DNA from: Dipteris shenzhenensis
Taxonomy: Eukaryota
Assembly (NCBI GenBank): GCA_047967505.1
Contig: CM106538.1
DNA length: 64,000 bases
Direction: 5' to 3' (one strand)
How positions within the stretch are numbered: the first letter of the stretch is position 1; each line of letters opens with the position of its first letter. The notes beneath the pieces were generated by a model, which had not been told where the DNA came from, made no database searches, and saw only the letters and a list, made by a program, of their open reading frames with translations. A program made the translations under genes and the position numbers. Of this stretch, positions 1 to 11,865 are shown piece by piece.

Positions 1-665
1 AAAAACAGATAGTATGGAGAATCAAAAATTTGATTACTGTAAAACTGATACAATAGATGGCGCTGCCTCCCAGCCATGCGCTCCTGTGTGAGAAGCTTTG
101 ATGGTGTGTTGGAAACAGTAGAGGACGGAGGCTGGATGCTAAGGAATTAGGGTTGTTGTAGCTAGTGATGATTATGGGCTTCATGGGCTTGCTCTTATAT
201 AGCCACCAGTCATAGTCGGTTAGACCCAATTGGGTGATCGACCCAATCTGCCCAAAACGGCCGACTGGAGGTCAGCTCGAAATAGGCCATTAACAACATG
301 ATAGAACCGTGGTGCAAAATAGAGCAACTATCCTATGGTCTCCGTTCAGCCTAGAACCATCCAGGATCATCTGGTGCTCCAAACAGGCCCTGCAACCTGA
401 GAGTGGGCTGCCCCAAGAAATGCTCCGTCTACCCTCAATGCAGTCAGTCATGGGATGTCTTCCCATGGGGGCCATGTGTGGCCTGATGGCTAGACGACTT
501 CAGATAGAGTTAGCACACTACCAACTAGGCTACATGCTGGTTTCCAAACCAGGACCTACCGGATAACCGAGCTACTCAAATGCCTTCTCCTCATATGGGG
601 GGCGTACAAGTAGAGTTAGTTGATTCCCGCATAGTTATACAAGAGTGGAGCATTGATATCTAACA
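1..665 (-). mobile_element. Copia-family LTR (5' LTR or solo LTR, cut by window start)
   Basis: Colinear with LTR 24793-25554 and ends in the same ...GATATCTAACA. No polypurine tract next to it here. Confidence 0.85.
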
Positions 666-1378
666 GCAACACTGACAATAAGTACACCTTGGTGGTAGAT
701 CCACAAGAACTACTCCTAAAAATGGAGTAACTCCACAAGAACCTGTTGCAATGAAAGAATTCAAGGGACTTCAAGCAATGTTGCTACCAATGGGAAAACT
801 TCTTGCCAACAACAAGATCTCAGTGACACTTCTTCCCTGTGATTATCAAAAAAATATGAGGACCAAAATAGTGATATAATTCATATTCCTCATGGTGGTC
901 TACAAGGTGATGTCCTTCCTAGGTTCAAGTCACAATTGGTCAATACATCACACACTGTCATACTAATACACTCATAGTTACTAAGGCTATTTCAGTGACT
1001 AGGAACTCACTTCCAAGTGCTTGGTCTCAGTGTGTCCATTGGTCCTTGCTAGTGAGAACCAACTTTTGAGCTTACTGACTCTAAGGATGCCAAGCTAGGT
1101 ACGAAAGTCAACAAGATGGTATTTGAGGTAGTGTCTTCAGGCTCAGGGTGAGCTTGTAGGACTCTTCTTGGTCTCAAGATCATGTGTTCATTGGCGCAAT
1201 TGAGGCCCTAATTCTAGGTTGAGTGCACCTTGACATAGGTCAAGGGGCAACAGGCCCTTGTGCATGCAAATTTTATCATTTCCCGATGCTCGGGGTCCCA
1301 AATTTTAGGTGCTAGATTACACTTATATCCCTTCTTTTTCTTGATTTTGGTGTTTCTAGAGCTTTTTGTCTAGATGGG

Positions 1379-1714
1379 GGGATAGAGCTAAGGCATTGAC
1401 CCGATGGGATAGAGCTAAGGCACTGACTTGGCAGGATAGAGCTAAGGCACTGACTCGGCAAGATAGAGGTAAAGCACCAACCCGGCGGATATAGTTAAAC
1501 CACTAACCCGGCAAGATAGAGTTAACACACTGACCCAGTGGGATAGAGTTAACACACCGACTTGGAGGGATAGAGCTAAGGCACCAACTCGATAGGATAG
1601 AGCTATGGCATTGATCAACAAGATAGCAGGTCGGTGAGATGATCAATATGGCACCGGTTAGAGGGATAGAGCTATAGCACCGAGTAGAGGGATAGTAGGC
1701 TATAGCACCGAGTC
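1379..1714. repeat. Degenerate tandem array of ~27-28 bp units (about GGATAGAGCTAAGGCACTGACTCGGCA)
   Basis: About 12 recurrences of GATAG(A)G(C/T)TA at near-regular spacing. Confidence 0.85.
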
Positions 1715-2714
1715 AACCCTCCTATCAAACCATATATTTTATGGGTGGGTTAGGTGGTTAACGTGTAAATAAGCAAGATAGGGATTAAGGCGATGAGTTG
1801 ACAAGATAGGAACTCACAGTTTTACTGACTGGATTTTGATGATTTTTTATGATTGTGAAGTTTTATTCAGGTATTTGTGTGATAGGGGGATGCTAAACTA
1901 CCTAGTCTACCTTCTCAATGTAAAAAACAACAACATTTGAATGGCAAATGGGGTGTTTTGCAAAAAGTGACAGTTTTGCCTTCCAAAACCACTTCAAGCA
2001 TCACTTTTGGGTGTTTTTGTTGGGGTTTTCTATCACACACACCTTAGAAATCCTCTAAACTATCTTCCTATCAATTCAAAACACTAAAAAACATCAACAA
2101 CAAGCTCTAAATGATGCAAAATGATTTCCAACAGAAAATGATACCTTCTTCTTTTCCCTTCCAAAAACTCACACTTCTCCACTCATTCCTCTCTTACAAC
2201 TCCACTATTAATGCTCCTAGTTAAGCTTGTTGTAGGGATCTTGAAGGAATGTCGATGGAGCCTCCACTCCAAGCTAAAACTTGTGAGAGCAATGCAAAGC
2301 ACGAGCCATTCGCAAGTGTCACTCAAGCATCTCCCAGATTGTTGCAATGTGTTTCTATGAGACAAAGAGAGAAAGGGGAGATGGGAGAAGAGAGGGAGAA
2401 GGGGAGGAGAAGAGGTGAATGAATGGGGATGGAGTGGCAAACACAAAGGCAATACAAAGGAAACAAGAGAACACCCAAAAACACTCTTAGAAGAGAAGAG
2501 GGAGCTTGTATTCCAAACTTGTGGATCCAACAATGAAGACCAAAGTCAGCCACTTGGCCTTTTATACATGTCACGTTTTGAAGGGAGGGCCAACCCTATT
2601 CCCTTTATACCACTCTCTTTCCTCATTCTTTTACAACCATCTTGGGCCTATTTAGATCCAAGGCACAATCCTAGCTCTATGGACTTGCCACTATCGACTA
2701 TCAAATGATATCAC

Positions 2715-3440
2715 TAACCAATGGTGGCATATTGTTAACCAATTGGTTAACAAAATATCTTCCCTTTACATAGACAATATAATTACAACATATCCATCCC
2801 ATGCAGCTTATCATCCATGCATGATTGTGGCATCTCACTGATAACGTAATGTGGCATTAGCAATGTGATGTAACATGATGTGGCATCCATACCCATCAAT
2901 AAAGTGATATGGCATGCACATTAGCTCATTGACCATTGGTAATCTGATGTGGCTTGTTTTTTTTAGGGAGGGCTACCAACCATTGGCAAGATGTCATGGG
3001 ATGCCATATCACATTATCAAAGGGGGGCATGGATTTTAACCATTGGCAAGATAATGTGATAGAGTCTTTTTTTTATAAAATTGGCCACACAAAACTCCAA
3101 AAAGTAAATTGCCACATTAGCTTGTCGATGGTCAACAAACTATCCTCCCTCCTCACCCCCCACCCTAAAAAAAAAAAAAACAAGCCATGTTAGTTTACTA
3201 ATGGTCAGCAAAGCTCCCCATCAATAACATGATGTGGCATGCCACATCATCTTAAACTTTTTGGGAGGGTTGAAAAACTATCGACAAGCTGCCATGCCTG
3301 TATTTTTTTTGGGCCACCAAAAAAAACTACCACATCTACCAAACCCCCCCTTCCCCATCAGTAACATGGATGTGGAATGCCATGTTAGCTTTTTATGGTC
3401 AACAAGCACCCCATCTACAAGATGATGTGGTTGGCAAGCT
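2715..3440. repeat. Region with dispersed TGATGTGGCA / GCCACAT and AACCATTGG motifs in both orientations
   Basis: Many copies visible, e.g. near 2877, 2946, 3230, 3241, 3424. Resembles transposon subterminal motif clusters (inference). Confidence 0.45.
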
Positions 3441-3469
3441 AACAGTAGTGTGTTTTTTCTTTTGGGTGT

Positions 3470-3873
3470 TGTGACATGAAGTTGGGGGTAATGAAACTTC
3501 ATGCACCTCTTAGCTTCCTGCTCTTTCCAATCTTAATAATAGAGACCCTTATCGCTTGCAAAGAAAGATGAAGAAAATATTTTCATGTAAAGAAAACCAC
3601 AACATATCTTTCTCCTTGCTTCCCTTAGAGGAGAATGAATATGGTAACATCCCAAGTGACGTTGTAGTCCAACATCGGAAGAAGAAAATGATCCGCAGAG
3701 GCCATTATCTCACCAAGCTGGACAGTGTTAAAGAGAAGAGCGATGTGTTGTTGGAAGAAGATATTTCGGCTCCACATGATGTGAACTAATACATATCTAG
3801 GGGGTTGAAGGGGCTGATTTGGCTGGATGGGTAAATTCCGGGAAAACATGGCACCTCCTTCACAGAAGCCTCT
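3470..3873 (+). repeat. Diverged ~400 bp duplicate of 9142-9543 (transposase-like fragment)
   Basis: Both begin TGTGACATGAAGTTGGGGGTAATG. ORFs 3556-3789 and 9228-9461 are near-identical in translation. Confidence 0.92.
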
Positions 3874-4354
3874 AAAAATGGCTCAAAATCATTCTACAAA
3901 TTGCTAGAAAACACAGAGGTCTATAACTTCCACTAGAGAGCTAATATCAAAAATTAAAGTATGTATAGGTATGTGCCTTGAAGTGAGCTTCGTACTGATA
4001 TAAGTTTCATTGAAAATAGATAACCGGTTGAAGAGATATGGACAGTTTATTGAAAGGGGATTAAAACTATCATGAAAATAGACTATCAAACACAGAGACT
4101 CATAACTTTTTACAGTAGTATTTGATTTAAAATCTAATCAAATAGGAACATGCGTCTTAAAGAGAGCTTCACGCTGATATAAGTTTCATCAAAAGGGGGT
4201 CAAACTATCATAAAAACTGCCCTCCACCCATGCTAATTTCGCCTGAGCAAACTACTCCCTCAGGGCTCCATAATTATCAACGATCCAATACCCCTAGAAT
4301 TTGCCTAAAAGAGAGGAAGAATCTTGGATGGTGGCTCGGGAAACGGATGGACCA

Positions 4355-4860
4355 TGTGTGCACAGTGAGCGGCCAAACAAGAACTACTTTAGAGACTTGA
4401 ATAGAGAGAAAAGAACATAGGAATGGAGACTCAAGGAAAATGATAAGAAGAGACTTTCATTGCCATGAGAGTAAGACTCCACTCAAATACACTCAAAATA
4501 CAACAAACACAAGGGAGAAGAAGAGGTTTCATACATACAAGAGGGAGCGGAATCTCCAAGACTACTCATAGAGAGAGAATAAACTAGAGAGAGATGGACT
4601 CAAGAGTCTACATAAGAGAACATCTACATGAGGGAGAGAAGGCTCATGAAAGAGGCTTGAGGAGACTGGACCTATAGTAACATGAGGCCGAATGGTGGAA
4701 GCGATGATGAACAAGGGAGAGGAGGCCTCCTTTTATAGAGATTTTGTCACCCTCCTTCACCCATTTACAATTGCTGCCTGTAGATTCTTTTCCCCATCAA
4801 TCACATAAGGCCGTATGTCACAATCCATGTCCTTTTTGGCTACTCTTGCCATGTGTCCCA
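4355..4860 (-). mobile_element. LTR-like fragment abutting the truncated Gypsy pol
   Basis: Non-coding, with TATAAAAGG on the minus strand near 4730-4737. pol homology stops at about 4860. Confidence 0.4.
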
Positions 4861-6781
4861 TCAAAACTACATAGTGCCATAGCCTTTTGATTAAGCTCCT
4901 TCAAATGAGGACTTCTTGTCTTGTAATGCCCTTGCATTTGCTTTATAATAGGTAGAGAATCTCCTCTTACTTCCAATTCTTTAACTTGACTTTGAAGACA
5001 ACCCTCCAAACCAAGAATCAAAGCATTATACTCAGCTGCATTGTTAGTTGTAATACCTGGAAGCTCTTGTTCTCTTGCCCACATGTCTTGACCTTTAGAA
5101 TTAATCAAGACTATCCCCTTGGCTCCTTGTTGGCATGAAGGACTAAAATCCCCATCAAAATACAAAACAAAAGCTGTTGGTGGTGTATCCCTTTCATCTT
5201 TAATGTTCTCCTTACATTTCTTTTCTTCTCCTAGATCCTCCCGTCTTATGAGCAAATTTGCCATAGTGGACCTAGTGGTATTTTCAATGACAAAAGAGAA
5301 AGAGAACTCTTGAAGCTCTGACAACCATTTTGCAAATCTCCCCCCAGGATTAGGCTTGCGAACTAGATATGCTAATACAAACTGAGAGGTAAGAAAGAAA
5401 AATGGTCGAGGTAATAAATAGGAGCGAAACTTTCTGACTAAAAACACCAAAGAGAGAGCTTGCTGCTCCATTTCTTCATACCTTGTTTCCACCTCTATAA
5501 GCTGTCGGCTAGCATAATAGATGGGTTGCATTCTACCTGCCTGTCCTTTTTGTAGCAATACAGCACCAACTGAATGCAAAGATACACTTGGATTTACATA
5601 AAAGTCTTGAGACCAATCAGGGGGCTTCAATATTGGGCCCTTACTCATGGCCTCCTTAAGTTGCTGAAAAGACTCTTGTTGCTCCACACCCCATTGGAAA
5701 GAAACTCCTTTTCTTGTCAATAAGTTCATGGGATGCACTATCTCTGTGAAATCATCACAAAAGCATTGATAATACTTGCTCTTTCCTAGAATTCTACGAA
5801 CACCAGTGACACTTTTAGGACTTGGCAATGCCATGATTGCTTGAACCTTGTCAGGATCCATTTGCAGGCCTTCTTCAAACACAATATGCCCCAATAAGAC
5901 TACTTTTGTTTGAGCCAAATGACACTTTCTAGGATTTAAACACCCTTTTGCTTCATCAATCCTAGCTAAGGCCATCTTTAACTTCTCCATGTGATCTATG
6001 CACCGAGAATAAATGCAAAAATCATCCAAAAACACCCTTATGAACTTTCCCAAGTAAGGCTTCAACACTTGACTCATGAACCTTTGAAATGTAGCTGGTG
6101 CTTTGGTCAACCCAAAAGGCATCACTCTGTAAGTAAAAACTCCCCAAGGTGTGACAAATGATGTTTTCTTTTGATCTTCCTCCCAAATACGAATTTGAAA
6201 GTACCCAAAATACCCATCACATACAGAATACATCTCATGCCCTACTACTTGGTGTAGTATTTCATCTTGGAATGGCAAAGGAAAATGATCCCTCTTAGTG
6301 CATGCATTCAAAGGATGAAAGTCCACATAGACCCGCCACTTATTTCCTTTCTTTTGCGTGACAACTACAGGAGATATCCATTCTAAATCATCAACAAGAA
6401 AGATGAATCCCACCTCAAGTAGTTGTGCTACCTCTTTCTTTAGTACCTCAACTTGGATCCCCCCAATCACCTTAAGCGTTGCACAACTGGCTTGCTTTGT
6501 GGCTTCAACTCAATCTTGTGCTCCACAAGAGAGACTGGTTGAACCTGTGAATAGCTTGTTGCAAAGAGACATGGAAAGTCATCTAACATATCCAAGTACT
6601 GGAGCTTCTCACTACCTAATAGAGAATCACCAAGAAGCTCTTCATTGCATTGGCATCGTTTAGTGTGCTCCACATCCTCCACATGAAGTGTCTCTATAGG
6701 ATCTTCTTGCACCACCATCTTGTTCCTTCCTGACTCGTCCCGATCAGCACCAAGACAAAGACCAAAGGCCACTCCTTCCAC
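4818..6781 (-). pseudogene. Ty3/Gypsy (Tat-like) pol: RT, RNase H and additional archaeal-type RNase H; integrase missing
   Basis: RT motifs WISPVVV, MPFGL, FLDDF; RNase H PIYYASR; second RNase H YFDG...TNNAAEYNAL...RGDS. Frameshift near 6470. Confidence 0.93.
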
Positions 6782-6987
6782 CTCACCCTCTGAGATGGAC
6801 TCCTCGAAGCTACACCCTGTCTCTTCTTCTTCTTCGGTTAAGTCAGAGCTTAACTCTCTGATGTTGAAGACTCCTCCTTGACAACTTGCTTTTTGTGGCT
6901 TCTGATGTTGTAGTGCACCTTCTTAACATTTTATTGCAAAATCAATTCTCCAGTATCCCACTTTTGAACAACCCTCACCTTGCGTAT

Positions 6988-7458
6988 CTAAGGCCTTTCC
7001 AAAATCAATGGATAGGCATGTGCATCTGGCTTGGTAGGGATCACTTGAAAAGTAGTCAGCACAGAAATTCCACATACATCCACTTCTAGATTCTTCACAA
7101 CTCCCAAGGTCTTAACCCTAGTGTTGTTAGCCAATTTGATGCGATAAGGAAAGGTAGTACTAGAGTATTTTAAATCAGCATCTATCATGGTCTTATCAGT
7201 CATGACATTAATCGATGCACCTCCATCAATGTACACATTAGAAATCACCTGACCATCAATGATCACATCAACCATAGGTACATCATCACCAACATCTATA
7301 TCTACCTTTTGAACAAAAGGAATGGCACTTTTCTTCTTTTTCTTCTTTGACACTCTTGTGCTTGCTAGCTTTCCCCATTCCTTCTGTAGTTTTGGAGACA
7401 AAGCAAGTAATTGACCAAAGGTGATATGAGCTTTCTTTTCTTTAAGGTCGGACAACAA
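6988..7458 (-). pseudogene. Gypsy aspartic protease
   Basis: YIDGGASINVM active-site-like motif and terminal YPLILERP. Confidence 0.85.
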
Positions 7459-7587
7459 GTCATAGCTTCCGATGCCTTGTCCTAAAGGAAATTCTGACTG
7501 GCTAAGTCTCCTTCTAGATGCTCTCTTTTTCTTAATATGGCATTCCTCTTCTTGATGTTCCTGATCTACTTCTTCCTTGCTTTCTTT

Positions 7588-8480
7588 TTATTCTTTTGCT
7601 TTACCACGCCCCCGTTTAGCCATCATTACCTCTCTTTCCTCATCCCCTGAAGAAGCTTTTAACAAGGATACTTGTTTTTCTTCTTTCTTTCTCAATCTAG
7701 GACACTCGAGGTGATAGTGACCTTTTTCATTACATTCATAGCAAGTGACCCCACTCTTATCTAGAGGCCTATCTTCACTCTTTGGTACTCTAGATTGTTG
7801 TGGATTAACTAAATGCAATTTCAAATCAGCAAACTCTGCCATCAATTGGGAGATATTATGATCTAACTCAAAGGACTTTGGTACCTGAGGAGTGTCCATT
7901 ACCTCCACCTTAGAAGTTGAAGCTGTTGAAGACACAAAAGAGGATTTGATCTTTAGAGAAGCTTCTTTCTTGGTCGCAATGCGAAGTGCCTCCACATATG
8001 TTGTTGGATATTTACTCATTACTTTTGAACGAAGACGAGGCTCCAAAGCCATAACAAATTTTCTCATCTTTAAGTGCTCCATCCCTAAGAGACTTTGAGG
8101 GGCCGATGATGCAGATGCCATAGCTCGCAAAGCTGCCCTTTCATACTTTGTCCATAAAGTTTCATATCGGATTGCCAACGAAGAGACCATCTCACCCTCT
8201 CCTTGATGGAACCGGTCCAACTGCAACATCAAAGCATTTGGCGATGCCACTGTCCCAAATCTCTGCTTCATTACTGCCACCACTTGATCCCAGTCTTCCT
8301 TGGTAGAGTCCAACAAGGCCTCATGCCCACTCAAGGCTACACCTTCAAGAAAATCAGGCAAAATCTCTACCCAATCCTTCGTGGACCATCCAGAAAGCTA
8401 GCATCCTTGAACAAAATCCTGAAGATAAGACTCCAGGTCTTCCCCTTGGGTCCCTTGAAACACTAGAATCTTCACCATGA
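7588..8480 (-). pseudogene. Gypsy gag with CCHC zinc knuckle
   Basis: QGEGEMV major-homology-like region and CYECNEKGHYHLEC knuckle. Confidence 0.88.
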
Positions 8481-8552
8481 TCAAACACAAAAAGGAAACA
8501 CCAAGATCCAAATAGTATCCCAAACAAGATCCAAACAAGATCCCACAGAGCC

Positions 8553-9045
8553 TTAGTATACCAAGACCAACTTATTATGCATAATCACTTGTTGAAAACC
8601 CTCCACAATGTGATCCTCAATCTTCAAAAATAAGTGACCACTAGCACCATGAAAACATCGTGTATACATGCATTCAAAAATTACCCTTCTCACAATTGGA
8701 AGTGCACATGATAGCTTCAAGATATTGTACTCTTCATCATTTGCATAGCAAAAGAAGTTGAAAGCATTGAGAATCACCACTCCACTGTTATAGTCAAAAA
8801 CTACCCAAAGACTCAACTCTTCTTCACACCAAGCTGCCAGTGCATGAAATAATCCCCGATCTATCACTGTGCCTGCTGCCAGCATTGTCGATTCACCAAC
8901 ATATTCAAGAGTGCAAACATAAATGATATGATCATGATGACCATGCAAATAGCTTGAGCATCACCTTCACAATCTTCAAGTTCTCTTAAATGGGCTGCAA
9001 TCTCTTCTAACGGAATTCTTCTAGGCATCTTCTTTATCATATGCC
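8553..9045 (-). CDS. Extra ORF of unknown function between PBS and gag (frameshifted near 8950)
   Basis: 131-aa ORF 8553-8948 in gag sense, preceded in another frame by MIKKMPRRIPLEEIAAHLRELEDCEGD. Confidence 0.4.
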
Positions 9046-9118
9046 TATACTAGGCATAACATGCAATCAAGTACACCCGAGACCGTTTAGTAAGGTGGGA
9101 TGAATCCAATACCAAATG

Positions 9119-9136
9119 TACCCGGTGTCTCCACCA
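9119..9136 (-). promoter_or_regulatory. Primer-binding site, probably tRNA-Ala
   Basis: Minus strand reads TGGTGGAGACACCGGGTA; plus strand CCCGGTGTCTCCACCA resembles the tRNA-Ala 3' end. TG follows at 9142. Confidence 0.7.
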
Positions 9137-9141
9137 AAAGA

Positions 9142-10696
9142 TGTGACATGAAGTTGGGGGTAATGAAACTTCACACACCTCTTAGCTTCTTGCTCTTCCC
9201 AATCTTAATAATAGAGACCCTTATCACTTGCAAAGAAAGATGAAGAAAATATTTTCATGCAAAGAAAGCCACAACATATCTTTCTCCTTACTTCCTTTAG
9301 AGGAGAATGAATATGGTAACATCCCAAGTGACATTGTAGTCCAGCATCGGGAGAAGAAAAGAATCCACAGAGGTCATTATCTCACCAAGCTGGTCGGCGC
9401 CAAAGAGAAGAGTGATGCGTTGTTGGAAGAAAATCTTTCGACTCCACATGACATGAAGTAATATATATCTAGGGACTTGAAGGAGCTGATTTGGCTGGAT
9501 GGGTAAATTCTGGTGAAACATGGCACCTTCTTCACGGAAGTCTCTGTGCATGCAAACAAGAGCACCTGCAAAGGGTGGCAAAAAGAATCAAAAGCAATGG
9601 GCCTTTGAACTTGCAGAGATAGATCAAACTAAGGCACCAGATAGGGATGCTCCAGGGAAAGATCCATCAAGGAGCCCAATTCTTGAAATTCCTCTTGAGC
9701 GAGTACACATTTGTGCGCTTCATGCTATTGTGAGAATAATTGAAAAGTTGGTGCATTTATACATCATTGATGCATATAACTTGAAGCCCCAACAAGAGAG
9801 TGAGAGGATGATTGCAAGAATTGAAAGGTTCTTTCAGATATGCGACTACACTCTGGGCAAGTAAAGATTACAAAAGATGAGAAAAGATCTGGAAAAATAG
9901 GCAATGTTCCTTGTAAGCCAAGCTTTGGTCGTGTCAAGGCTTTCTGCAAAGAAGAAGAATGACAAGCTCAAACGTGCTAATGAGTTTGATGTATGGAGAG
10001 AGTTACACAATGCCTATTGTGAACGAGGTGGGAAGGGACAAAAAAGACTGGAAAAGGCACGAGTGTGGTTAGCTCTTGATAGCTTAGTACCTTTACTACT
10101 ACAAAAGAAAAGATTCGAAGAAGATGATGCACAATGTTTCATCAATGCTATGAATGACTTTGGCCGGAATAACGAGATAGCTTGGGGAAAGAATCATTTC
10201 ACACAGTACATGGTAATCTCTAACTTGGACATTGAGATGTGCATATTGAATGGTCCTATATTTACTGATTTGTTTTTCTATTTGGCAGCACATATTATAT
10301 GCTCATGCACCATACATGGCATGGAATTATGGAAGCATCAGAGTGTGGTCCACTTAGGGCATGGAAAGATCGCATTGGCAAGCACATTGTGCACATAATA
10401 GAGTGACCCAACACGAGGGTGGTAGAACTAAGTTAAGCCCAATGGTTCAATTGGTTCAATGGTGGTCCAGGCATATCGAAATAAGAGTAGCTGCAACACT
10501 AGCATTCAAAGAGTCCTTAGTGTCCCATGCAGTGCAAGATGTTAATGCAGAACGTCGAAGAAGAATATACAACTCATCGAATGCAAGACAGAATCATGCA
10601 AGTTGGCATGCAACCCATCATAGACAAGGGTGCATATGGGTGGAGACAGATGAAAATGATGGTGTAGACTCTTCCAATGTGGATTTCCATGCATAA
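9142..10696 (+). pseudogene. RAG1/Transib-like DDE transposase, decayed, with intron 10213-10288
   Basis: YISRDLK (candidate second Asp, ~9474), IPLERVHICALHAIVRI, and spliced FTQYM|HILYAHAPYMAWNYGSIRVWST*GMERSH (HxxxxH plus catalytic Glu at 10364). GT..AG 76-bp intron restores the frame. Several stops and frameshifts; N-terminus missing. Confidence 0.8.
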
Positions 10697-10894
10697 GTTT
10701 CAGAATTTATTTGTAATTTTAATTATGTGATTTGTAGTAAAGCCAACGTATAATGGACGTGAGTTGCAATATAAATGAGAAATTTTGTGTTATGGGATGT
10801 TAATTATAAGTATTTAGCTCAAGGTTGCACTAATTTTACTTTTTAAAGGCTTTTTATTGAAACAAATATTTTTAAAAAATTAAGGTTTTTGTCC

Positions 10895-10903
10895 CTATAT
10901 AAG
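10895..10903 (+). promoter_or_regulatory. Candidate TATA box for the H3-like gene
   Basis: CTATATAAG about 135 bp upstream of ATG 11036, followed by a pyrimidine-rich leader. Confidence 0.4.
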
Positions 10904-11035
10904 AGAATGCACCCTCATTTTCATTTCACTGTTTAAAGAGCTCTCCACTCCCAAACCACCTCCCACTTGCCCCTGAGATTTCCACCCTATCTCTTGCACC
11001 CTTACCCTTTCTCTTGCACACTCTCTCCATCCCCC

Positions 11036-11773
11036 ATGGCCAGGCGCAAGATTAAGGCACCACGGAGACTGGCACAACCAGACCCACCTCCAGACTCAGA
11101 GACAGAGAGTGATAGCCCCCCCCTCTCCCCACGATGGATCCCCGATCAAAGGGAGAAACTGCCAATCCGGAAGCCAGACAGGGAGCAAGAGGGACAGAGG
11201 AAGGCACAAGAAGATCCTCTAATATAGACGGATGACTCAGAGAGCACAAAGGAGAAGCGTGTGGAAGAGAAACAACAAAGGACAGAGTAGAGGACCAAGA
11301 GAAGACAATCAGGGTCCACACCGATGGGGGAGAGGTGCGTGAGCTCCAAGTGCAGGTCAAAGAGGCCCTCAACATCCAAGAAGAGGCCCTCCACATCGAG
11401 GGCAAAGAGGCCCTCCTCCAACGATGCGGTACAGATTCAAGCTAGGGACAGTGGCACCACAGGAGATCAGAAAGTTTCAGAAGTCCATTGATCTGCTCAT
11501 CCCAATGGCCAGCTTCGCAAGGGTGGTATGCGAGGTCATGCAGGGCCTCAACCTTAGCCCAATGTCCCGGTTTTACTGGCGCGGAGTTGTGGAAGCTCCC
11601 TAGCAGAGATGCCTTGCTTGCATTGCAGCATGCATCTGAGGCCTACCTAGTAGACCTCACGAATGACACCTAGCTAGCTGCTATCCCTGGCTGCCATCCA
11701 TAGGAAAAGGGTCACAGTGACCACTGCAGACATGCAATTTATTGAACGTTTTAGGAATCCCAAGGGCACTTAG
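11036..11773 (+). pseudogene. Divergent histone H3-like gene (CENH3-like traits, long N-terminal tail), intronless, disrupted
   Basis: Starts MARRK. From 11427 reads RYRFKLGTVAPQEIRKFQKSIDLLIPMASFARVVCEV, then DALLALQHASEAYLVDLTNDT, then LAAIHRKRVTVTTADMQFIERFR, stop 11771-11773. Frameshifts and stops, including a 13-bp duplication near 11674-11699. Confidence 0.9.
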
Positions 11774-11788
11774 GGATTTTGTATGCTC

Positions 11789-11865
11789 CACCTTGTACTC
11801 TACCTATGAGCATCTATCTTATACTCTGCCTACGGGCATCTACCTTGTACTCTACTTACGGGCAT
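11789..11865. repeat. Three ~26-bp tandem units (CCTTGTACTCTACCTATGAGCATCTA-like)
   Basis: Direct inspection. Confidence 0.7.

Noticed and set aside
1379-1714. CRISPR-like regular repeats
   Set aside because: The parts between cores are homologous to each other and short; eukaryotic context with no cas genes. It is a minisatellite.
4361-4367. CACAGTG RSS heptamer as a RAG-like terminus (also near 11713, 36903, 55346)
   Set aside because: No nonamer at 12/23 spacing and no paired inverted copy. A 7-mer is expected several times by chance in 64 kb.
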